From the IMG/VR virus record IMGVR_UViG_3300034683_000137: a stretch of 20,000 nucleotides of DNA; one strand, 5' to 3'. A program made the translations under genes and the position numbers. The notes below the pieces were generated by a model. The model saw only the letters and a list, made by a program, of their open reading frames with translations. It made no database searches and was not told the DNA's origin. The stretch's first letter is position 1; each line of letters starts with the position of its first letter. This document shows, piece by piece, positions 1 through 6,999 of this stretch. Source of the stretch: an uncultured virus (IMG/VR IMGVR_UViG_3300034683_000137). Taxonomy: Duplodnaviria; Heunggongvirae; Uroviricota; Caudoviricetes.

Positions 1-1
1 A

Positions 2-724
2 TTTGCAAATTGGGAACAATATAATATAAATGGTGAATATATATTCATAGAATATTTAAAATCTATTTTGCCATTCTCTCAAGGACAGACATTCTTAATA
101 TTATTATCACGTCTTGAGAAAGTAATTAACTATTTAAATTCGTTATATCATACAAATATATGTGCACATTTTAATGATAATAAACATTCATTTCCTGAAA
201 TTGATTTTATACTTAATACTTATGAAACAATAATTCCTCCAAATGTAACCTTGCTATCAGAAAAATATGTAGATCATATTATTAATAGTAGTGTTTTTAA
301 TTTATTGTTTTTACCACATATGTTCAATGCAGATGAAATTAATTATAAGTTTACAAGATCTTATTTCAATCCAAGAATAAAACTGTTTTTAGATTATCAA
401 GAATATACTACTTCTATTACAGATACATATGATATAGATGTAATAGAGTCTTTCTATCCAGATAAAGTATTAGAAGCTAAATTATCAATAAATGCTTTTA
501 AAGAAGCTATATCCAATCCTACATTAGATATTCCCCAAAATGAATTGATGTTAACAGCATTGTTAAGAGAGTTTTTATATCTTTTAAATTCAGTTGATCC
601 AGTTAATGATATAACTGAAACATCCTCTGATATGAAAGCAACTAATTTATTAGAAGCAGCATTGGAATTTATTATTATATCCAGGAAGTTATCTATACTA
701 TCTCAAATTAGTATTAATTTTTAA
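2..724 (+). CDS. Hypothetical phage protein, 5'-truncated by the window edge
   Basis: The ORF track starts at TTG 68, but the same frame is open back to position 2 (FANWEQYNINGEYIFIEYLKSI-LPF...), so the real start probably lies upstream of the window. No motif recognised. Confidence 0.75.
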   Translation, partial: FANWEQYNINGEYIFIEYLKSILPFSQGQTFLILLSRLEKVINYLNSLYHTNICAHFNDNKHSFPEIDFILNTYETIIPPNVTLLSEKYVDHIINSSVFNLLFLPHMFNADEINYKFTRSYFNPRIKLFLDYQEYTTSITDTYDIDVIESFYPDKVLEAKLSINAFKEAISNPTLDIPQNELMLTALLREFLYLLNSVDPVNDITETSSDMKATNLLEAALEFIIISRKLSILSQISINF

Positions 725-744
725 CAATAGATGGTGACAGAATA

Positions 745-3012
745 ATGAATAATATCAATTTAAAAAGCACATCCTCATTACAAGAGTTAGAAGCTTCTCT
801 TTCTACACTTAATGTGCCTATTGTTATGTTTAAACTGTTATTAGATGCAATTAGAACTAATGACTTCTCTAAAATATCACAAACAATGATGAAAGAACGA
901 TATTTTCAGTCTGAAGATCTGGTTACAACACATATTGATAATGTAGTGTATCAAAATATATACAATCATGAAGATTATAATAATATAATGCTTTTAATTA
1001 CTAAAATATTTTCTGTCATAAATACATTAGTTACCACAAGAAGAAATATAACTAATGTATATGAATTGGATAGTGATATCATCAATGATATATTAATATC
1101 ATATGGGTTCGATATATATGATATATTCGATTTTAATTCTAGACAGAATATAGCATACAAAATATATTCTTTTTTGCGCAAAAAAGGCACACCAAATTTA
1201 TTAGGAGACTTTTTAGTTCAACTGGGTTATACATTTTTTACAATAAATGAATATGATCTGAATAGAACATTGGATGAATGGTATCTAGTTCCAGATACAG
1301 TATATTATTCTGATGTGGCTAAACAATATAAAAATGTATTAGTAGCTAATGATATGAAACTTAGTGAAGTTGATGATATATTATGGTATTTAGATGAGCA
1401 GACATTAGATAGCATAGCTTTGAAAAACACATTTATATATCCAAAAAACTGGTTATGTACATACAATCTAGATAATTTTAAACATTTACAGAAATATCTA
1501 AACTTACCAGATTATATATCTATTAAAGAAGTAGGGAGTTTCAATTTTAATTCCTTTACAAATAAGGCTGCTGTTGTAGTTAAATTAGACTATCCTGTTT
1601 CAGTAGATCATGATAATATACCCTTAAATAAGTTTAGAATATCCTATGATGTAGAAGATGGTTATGGTAATGTTATGACTACCAAACCAGTGGCTGATAT
1701 ATCTGGACCACCACAATTTAAGACCAAAACAGTATGTTATATAATAAATACTAAAAATAACAATATTGAAACAAAATATGTATTATATGATCAAGAATGG
1801 TATGATTATTATTTACAAGAATATCTTGATGCTTACAGTGCATGGCAACCAAACACACAATATCTAGTTGGTAGTATAGTTATTCATAATGGTGTACCAA
1901 AAGAATGTATTAGAACACATCTGTCTGGAACTACATTTAATTATAATCAAGATGGTGAACCAACGTGGATAGATGTTCGTGTTGAAAGCAACTGGTGGGT
2001 CAAAAATAATTATATCTCAGCGTTTAATTGTTCTCATCTATCAGATATAGCATGTGCTTTTATGTCTGATAAATATCTATTGTTTACAAGCAGTGATGAC
2101 AACACTAATGGTATGATGATAGATACATTTCGCAATGTTGTTTCAACATTAAGTTTTAATAATATAGTTCATATTATAAACAACATGTCATTAACTGATT
2201 ATTTGAATGATAATTCATTGCATATTAAACAGAGTTATGATTATAATGAATTTTTATTTATTTTGTTTTCAAATGATATAATAGTTATTAATAAAGCCAA
2301 CAATACATGGTTTTCAATGAAAAATGATCTCTTAGATAAGCTAACTATTATATTTAATATTGATCTTGGATCAAGACCATTAAATAAGTTTATGTGTACT
2401 AACAATTTTATGTATTTCATAGATAATACTTCAGGTGTTATTGGATTTGATGTTTATAAATTGGAAAACTATGTACAACAATGCTCTTTATTAAATGCTT
2501 TACCTGAAAGAGAAGTATTTACTCAAAATCTAAGTAATGATATATTTATGTATGACATAGACGAGTTTTATTTGGATGATAATATCTCGTTTTTCATTGG
2601 TAGAGATAAAAAACTATATGTTAGTGGAAAAGTTATAAACTATGATTATAATTCATCAAATTACAGATCTTTTGTAGATGATTATATGTGTATATGCTAT
2701 GATATGTATTTAGAGAGATCTATTCAGATATTACATTCAGGATCATTATTGAGAATAATTGGTATGGATTGTATGGGTAACTTAAGATGTATAGATGATA
2801 ATAATTTCAAATGGCAATTGTTTTTATATGGCAATAGATATTATAAAGTTGATACTCAATTTATAATGACTTTCAAACCAATATTAGATTTAGCTTACTA
2901 CGATTGGTTAAGCTATAATACACCAAATTTAATAATTACAACCTACGAGCCTCTTCAGATTGGACCTTTATTGGATCCTCAACATTATAATGAAATTGTT
3001 TTATCAGCATAA
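745..3012 (+). CDS. Putative baseplate wedge protein (P2 gpI / T4 gp7-like N-terminus) with an internal CBM5/12-like module
   Basis: 755 aa, SD-like GGTGA upstream. 'DILISYGF...IYSFLRKKGT' (KKGT at 1180-1191) resembles the gpI/gp7 wedge motif; 'AWQPNTQYLVGSIVIHNG..KEC' at ~1831-1968; baseplate/fibre neighbourhood. The last codons come from the IS left end. Confidence 0.55.
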   Translation: MNNINLKSTSSLQELEASLSTLNVPIVMFKLLLDAIRTNDFSKISQTMMKERYFQSEDLVTTHIDNVVYQNIYNHEDYNNIMLLITKIFSVINTLVTTRRNITNVYELDSDIINDILISYGFDIYDIFDFNSRQNIAYKIYSFLRKKGTPNLLGDFLVQLGYTFFTINEYDLNRTLDEWYLVPDTVYYSDVAKQYKNVLVANDMKLSEVDDILWYLDEQTLDSIALKNTFIYPKNWLCTYNLDNFKHLQKYLNLPDYISIKEVGSFNFNSFTNKAAVVVKLDYPVSVDHDNIPLNKFRISYDVEDGYGNVMTTKPVADISGPPQFKTKTVCYIINTKNNNIETKYVLYDQEWYDYYLQEYLDAYSAWQPNTQYLVGSIVIHNGVPKECIRTHLSGTTFNYNQDGEPTWIDVRVESNWWVKNNYISAFNCSHLSDIACAFMSDKYLLFTSSDDNTNGMMIDTFRNVVSTLSFNNIVHIINNMSLTDYLNDNSLHIKQSYDYNEFLFILFSNDIIVINKANNTWFSMKNDLLDKLTIIFNIDLGSRPLNKFMCTNNFMYFIDNTSGVIGFDVYKLENYVQQCSLLNALPEREVFTQNLSNDIFMYDIDEFYLDDNISFFIGRDKKLYVSGKVINYDYNSSNYRSFVDDYMCICYDMYLERSIQILHSGSLLRIIGMDCMGNLRCIDDNNFKWQLFLYGNRYYKVDTQFIMTFKPILDLAYYDWLSYNTPNLIITTYEPLQIGPLLDPQHYNEIVLSA

Positions 3013-3023
3013 AAGCAAGAAGA

Positions 3024-3045
3024 CTCCATCCTCTTTAGGATGGAG
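3024..3045. repeat. IS left-end subterminal hairpin (putative TnpA recognition site)
   Basis: Perfect 9-bp inverted repeat CTCCATCCT-cttt-AGGATGGAG starting at +20 from the inferred cleavage site; homologous hairpin at 19898-19919. Confidence 0.85.
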
Positions 3046-3190
3046 ATGAATTGCTAACATAATCTTTTAAAATTTTAATTATTAAGTTATTAAAACTTCT
3101 ATTATCTTTTTTAGCAATATCCTCTAATTGTTTTTTAAGTTCTTTTGGTATAGTAATAACTGTTCTTGTGTTATCTTTTGAAATAGTCAT
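3035..3190 (-). CDS. Ribbon-helix-helix (CopG/Arc/MetJ-like) DNA-binding protein, 51 aa; absent from the ORF track
   Basis: Translated by hand: MTISKDNTRTVITIPKELKKQLEDIAKKDNRSFNNLIIKILKDYVSNSSPS*. Beta-strand (TRTVITIP), helix, RS turn, helix pattern typical of RHH proteins; SD GAGGTG (3199-3204, minus strand) and its own promoter. Confidence 0.85.
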   Translation of the reverse strand: MTISKDNTRTVITIPKELKKQLEDIAKKDNRSFNNLIIKILKDYVSNSSPS

Positions 3191-3210
3191 AATATCATCA
3201 CCTCAATAAC

Positions 3211-3239
3211 ATTATACTATGATAACACATAATTGACAA
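3211..3239 (-). promoter_or_regulatory. Sigma-70/sigma-A-type promoter for the RHH gene
   Basis: Minus strand: -35 TTGTCA (3239-3234), 17-nt spacer, -10 TATAAT (3216-3211). Confidence 0.75.
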
Positions 3240-3261
3240 GGTGATAACATCATGATATAAT
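3233..3261 (+). promoter_or_regulatory. Consensus sigma-70/sigma-A-type promoter for tnpB
   Basis: TTGACA (3233-3238), 17-nt spacer, TATAAT (3256-3261) with extended -10 TG (3253-3254); SD AGGAGGTG at 3271-3278 before GTG 3284. Confidence 0.85.
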
Positions 3262-3283
3262 AAAACTAAAAGGAGGTGAAAAT

Positions 3284-4525
3284 GTGAAAGTAAGTTTTAA
3301 ATACTATCCTAAATTAAATCAATTACAACAAAATATTATAGAAGAATTATCATATCATACAACAAAGCTATATAACATAGCAAACTATGAAAATAGAGAA
3401 AATGGTTTTAAAAACTATTATGAAACTGAAAAGTTATATAAGCAAAATTATCATACACAATTTCTACATTCGCACACTTATCAATGGTGTTTGAAGATGT
3501 TAGAACAGGATTGGAAATCTTATTTTGCTTCAATAAAAGATTATAAGAAAAATCCAAATAAATATTTAGGATTGCCTAAACCACCAAAGTTTAAGAATAC
3601 AAATAATAAAAAGAACGAGATAATATTTACAACAGCAGGGATAAGGTATAAAAATGGTATATTAAAGCTATCATTATCAAAGGCAATACAAGATAAGTTT
3701 CAGGTTCAAAGTTTAAATTTTGACATGAAGAATGTCAAAATACCTGTGAATCTATCAAGGATTAATCAAATTAAATTACAATGGAATAATTCTTCTAAAA
3801 GATGGTATTTACTAATAATATGGGAAAATGAAATTATAAATAAAGTAACTGGTGATAATGTAATGGCAATAGATTTAGGATTAGATAATCTTGCAACTTG
3901 TGTATTTAAAGATAATCCACAATGCATTATATTTAGTGGCAAACATATTAAAAGTAAAAATGCTTATTATAATAAAGAAATAGCAAGGTTGACTTCTATT
4001 GTTATGAAACAATGTAAAAATAGTAAACATTTTAGAAGAACAAAGCAAATAATTAAACTACAAACTAAAAGAAATAACTATATTAAAGACCAAATACACA
4101 AGATTAGTAAAAATATAGTAGAATTAGCATTAACAATGGATTGCAACACAATAGTAATAGGTGATTTTTCAGGAATAAAGCAAGAAAATCACGCTAAAAG
4201 TTTTGTCCAAATACCACAGCAAGAATTAGTAAAAAAGATAAAGTATAAAGCAGAATTAGTAGGATTAAAAGTAATAATGGTTAATGAATCATATACCAGC
4301 GGATGTAGTGCAATAGATTTAGAAGAAATAAATAAAGCTAATTACAATAAATCAAGAAGAATAACAAGAGGTCTTTTCAAAACAAATAATGGTATGTTAA
4401 TTAACGCTGATGTAAATGGTGCATTGAATATATTAAGAAAATATATAAAAGGTATTCCCAAAGCAATAGAGATTGCGAGGGATAATGGGCGATTGGACAG
4501 TCCATTGAGAATAAGGGGAGTGTAA
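3284..4525 (+). CDS. tnpB: RNA-guided endonuclease TnpB (IS200/IS605 family)
   Basis: 413 aa. N-terminal 'KLYNIANY', 'PKPPKFK', RuvC-I 'AIDLGLDNLA' (D197), 'IVIGD', 'VNESYTS' (E335), 'RITRGLF', RuvC-III 'INADVNGALNILRK' (D376). Confidence 0.95.
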   Translation: MKVSFKYYPKLNQLQQNIIEELSYHTTKLYNIANYENRENGFKNYYETEKLYKQNYHTQFLHSHTYQWCLKMLEQDWKSYFASIKDYKKNPNKYLGLPKPPKFKNTNNKKNEIIFTTAGIRYKNGILKLSLSKAIQDKFQVQSLNFDMKNVKIPVNLSRINQIKLQWNNSSKRWYLLIIWENEIINKVTGDNVMAIDLGLDNLATCVFKDNPQCIIFSGKHIKSKNAYYNKEIARLTSIVMKQCKNSKHFRRTKQIIKLQTKRNNYIKDQIHKISKNIVELALTMDCNTIVIGDFSGIKQENHAKSFVQIPQQELVKKIKYKAELVGLKVIMVNESYTSGCSAIDLEEINKANYNKSRRITRGLFKTNNGMLINADVNGALNILRKYIKGIPKAIEIARDNGRLDSPLRIRGV

Positions 4526-4605
4526 GCTACCAAACTTCTCATGAATCTCCCACTTCTTAGCGAAGCGTAAGTGGGAGAGGTTCAATATAATAGTTGTAGA
4601 TAGGA
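4463..4605 (+). ncRNA. Predicted TnpB omega-RNA (reRNA) scaffold plus flanking guide; boundaries approximate
   Basis: Stems GCAAT/ATTGC (4463-4476), AATGGGC/GTCCATT (4484-4506, with a G-U pair), GAGAA/TTCTC (4507-4540) and the right-end hairpin. Loop TTGGAC (4493-4498) can pair with GTTCAA (4580-4585) as a pseudoknot. Guide inferred as ~4586-4605. Confidence 0.7.
4547..4577. repeat. IS right-end subterminal hairpin
   Basis: CTCCCACTT / AAGTGGGAG 9-bp stem; the 13-nt loop contains GCGAAGC (4560-4566). Stem base is similar to both left-end hairpins. Confidence 0.85.
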
Positions 4606-4617
4606 GATGAATTATTA

Positions 4618-6384
4618 ATGTCTAATTTTCCACAACGAACATCATATTTTTCAATAAATAATTTCTTAACAACACATATAATACAAGAAGCATCTATTGC
4701 ATTAGATATAGTCAAACAATATTATGATTATCAGGAACTACATGGATACAATACTAGAGTATTATCAATTGAGGGATATGGAGAATTTATATCTTTTAAT
4801 GAATTGTGTTTAGGATTGTGGATGGTATTTGATAGATTGTATTGGGGTTTTCCCCCAGAAGTTCAAGAAAGTGTTGGGATATCATCAATGGGGTGGAATG
4901 GGCCTATTGACAATCCTTATGTTGATATCCCAATGGCGTTGGAAATGTTTGATGAACTTTCTGCTAATGTATATGATACTGATGAGAAGTTTCTACGTAT
5001 GCAAACAATTGAAAAATGGTTTTATAAACCAGGCCCAAATTTTTTAAATTATTCAACATATGAAGTATTAAAAACAATGAATGAACCTTTTTATAATTGG
5101 ATAGAAGCAAGACTACAAGCTATTGAAGATGCTTTAAATTCAGTTACTATGATTACTAGAGTATCAAGAGATTACATATTTGATATTAAACCTTTTGCTA
5201 AATTCTTTGATAGTCAATACACACCAATTGATGACGATTTAAACTTATTTAATAAAGCATTGCTTGATGGAAATAGATTCTATTTATCTTTTTTAGCTGT
5301 ATTAGAACAGATATTATATGGTTTTACAAAGAAGATGTTTCCATTGCGTATATATGCTATTTTCTCTTATTTGTACAAGATATATATGAAAATAATTGTT
5401 GACTTTGTAAAACCATATCATGCTTATAATTTACAAACTGCACCCATACTACGAATAGATGGTGATATAGATGAATCTGTAACAACATCAGACTATATAT
5501 CTAGAATAATAACTAAACAGATTGTTACTGGTGTAATGCACAGATTATATGATTATGATGATACTAAAGATGATAGTTTATATGATGTCATCGTCAAAAT
5601 AAGAGATTATATAAAGAGAATTATATATCACTCTGCTATTGATTATATAAGATATGTACCAAATTTAGACGATGACGACGCTGTAGTTAATGTTTTTGAT
5701 TATTCCTTGTTGGTTAACACACAAGATGAAATAATAGATGAAGAAACCAAAGTATTTAAAGAAGAAATATATACTAAAGCATATAGTGGACATTTTCCTT
5801 CTACATGGAAATTTTATATACCCACAATGAACACAATAGATAAATTACGTCAAAATTTGGAACATTTAACATGGGATCATATATCTGGTACTGTTGTTAA
5901 TACTTGGAATAGGGATGTTATTTTAGTAGGACGAACTAAATATAAAATATTACATGGTGTTGTTGATGTAGAAATATCTGCATTGTGTGATCCAGAAGTG
6001 AGATTTGCATTTAATTTTGATGCAGAACAGAATATAATACATCACCATAATAGACATAATGAATTATTAAGCAATTGTTGGTGTTATAAACAAAATGTGG
6101 GTTGGTATAAGAAAAAATTACCATATATATATGATATAGGTTCAGCACAATTTATAGATCCATATCCAAGAGAACTTAGACCTACAGATGTATTAGATAT
6201 GTCTGAGTTTATGACATATGATGATATTGCTAATATAACATATTTACCTTATAATGTTGGTTGGATTATACCTGTTGTATATATACCACGTGGAAAAAGT
6301 TTTAATAATATAACGTTTAATATGAGAATAAAACATATGATATATCCTTATCCAACAAATATATCATATGAATTGAGCGTATAA
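4618..6384 (+). CDS. Putative baseplate/virion structural protein (wedge-like, KPxH motif)
   Basis: 588 aa, SD AGGAG at 4602-4606. 'IVDFVKPYHA' resembles the KPAH motif of gpI/gp7-type wedge proteins; lies just before fibre-attachment and fibre genes. Confidence 0.45.
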   Translation: MSNFPQRTSYFSINNFLTTHIIQEASIALDIVKQYYDYQELHGYNTRVLSIEGYGEFISFNELCLGLWMVFDRLYWGFPPEVQESVGISSMGWNGPIDNPYVDIPMALEMFDELSANVYDTDEKFLRMQTIEKWFYKPGPNFLNYSTYEVLKTMNEPFYNWIEARLQAIEDALNSVTMITRVSRDYIFDIKPFAKFFDSQYTPIDDDLNLFNKALLDGNRFYLSFLAVLEQILYGFTKKMFPLRIYAIFSYLYKIYMKIIVDFVKPYHAYNLQTAPILRIDGDIDESVTTSDYISRIITKQIVTGVMHRLYDYDDTKDDSLYDVIVKIRDYIKRIIYHSAIDYIRYVPNLDDDDAVVNVFDYSLLVNTQDEIIDEETKVFKEEIYTKAYSGHFPSTWKFYIPTMNTIDKLRQNLEHLTWDHISGTVVNTWNRDVILVGRTKYKILHGVVDVEISALCDPEVRFAFNFDAEQNIIHHHNRHNELLSNCWCYKQNVGWYKKKLPYIYDIGSAQFIDPYPRELRPTDVLDMSEFMTYDDIANITYLPYNVGWIIPVVYIPRGKSFNNITFNMRIKHMIYPYPTNISYELSV

Positions 6385-6407
6385 ATAAAGGAGGAAATGA
6401 ATATAAT

Positions 6408-6980
6408 ATGGATAAGTATCTTAAGTTATATGATAATATTAAATATAAGGACAAATATTCATTTGAGGGTAGAGTAAAGATCTATAAAAACAACGATATT
6501 ATAGTTGATAAGAATAACAAAATTGTACTAACTGGTAGAAATTATATCATGCAACGACTGTTTGATTTGCCTTATAGTAGTACAAATGCTAAGAACGAAT
6601 GGGTTCCACGATGGTTTTCTGTAGGTAATGGCGCAGCCACAATAGATGCACCCTTTCAGCCAACTTGGCCAACTGATGATGATGCTGAGGTTTATAATAT
6701 ACTACCCTTTAATGATTTAGGTGGACCATTATATGATCCAACTAAAACTAAGAAATTAATAGATAGCATATCATATTCTGCATATCTTACTGCTAAATTT
6801 TCTATGACTATTGACTATACTGATTGTATAGATACGTACATAAATGAAGCTGGATTATATGCTGCCCCATCAGAAGATCACAATGAGACTGATTTTGTCA
6901 TGTTATCTCACGTAACATTTCCTTCTATCCCTAAATCTAATATGGATAAGATAATTATTGAATGGTTTTTTGTGTTTTAA
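6408..6980 (+). CDS. Baseplate/tail-fibre attachment protein (DUF3751 tail-collar-fibre-like)
   Basis: 190 aa with 'NKIVLTGR', 'FSVGNG', 'INEAGLY', 'LSHVTFPSIPK...IIEWFFVF', the motif series of this family; SD GGAGG. Confidence 0.65.
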   Translation: MDKYLKLYDNIKYKDKYSFEGRVKIYKNNDIIVDKNNKIVLTGRNYIMQRLFDLPYSSTNAKNEWVPRWFSVGNGAATIDAPFQPTWPTDDDAEVYNILPFNDLGGPLYDPTKTKKLIDSISYSAYLTAKFSMTIDYTDCIDTYINEAGLYAAPSEDHNETDFVMLSHVTFPSIPKSNMDKIIIEWFFVF

Positions 6981-6999
6981 ATAGAGGAGGTTATTATTA

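Larger units (their letters stand above)
3005..4585 (+). mobile_element. Non-autonomous IS200/IS605-family element (tnpB plus divergent RHH gene, no tnpA)
   Basis: Left end: TTAT (3001-3004), guide AAGA (3020-3023), hairpin 3024-3045. Right end: guide GAAT (4543-4546), hairpin 4547-4577, terminal TCAA (4582-4585); GAAT/TCAA is the IS608 right-end pair. No TIRs or target duplication. In-silico excision gives TTA T|TA TAA TAG, a clean in-frame end for the upstream gene. Confidence 0.9.

Noticed and set aside
3024..3045. Hairpins after stop codons (here and 19898-19919) as simple rho-independent terminators
   Set aside because: No U-tract, shared flanking sequence, IS608-like guide and spacing, and similarity to the right-end stem identify them as IS ends.
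3284..4525. Cas12f / type V CRISPR effector
   Set aside because: No repeat-spacer array seen in the window, and the gene is bounded by IS ends.
3005..4585. IStron or self-splicing intron rejoining the two flanking baseplate ORFs
   Set aside because: The RHH gene, promoters and tnpB fill the element, leaving no room for a group I core, and excision leaves in-frame TAA TAG.
4603..4613. GGAGATGAATT shared with both left ends (3042-3052, 19916-19926) as a target duplication or remnant element
   Set aside because: It overlaps the downstream gene's SD, a similar GGAGATGA SD occurs before 13352, and IS200/IS605 elements make no target duplication; probably coincidence.
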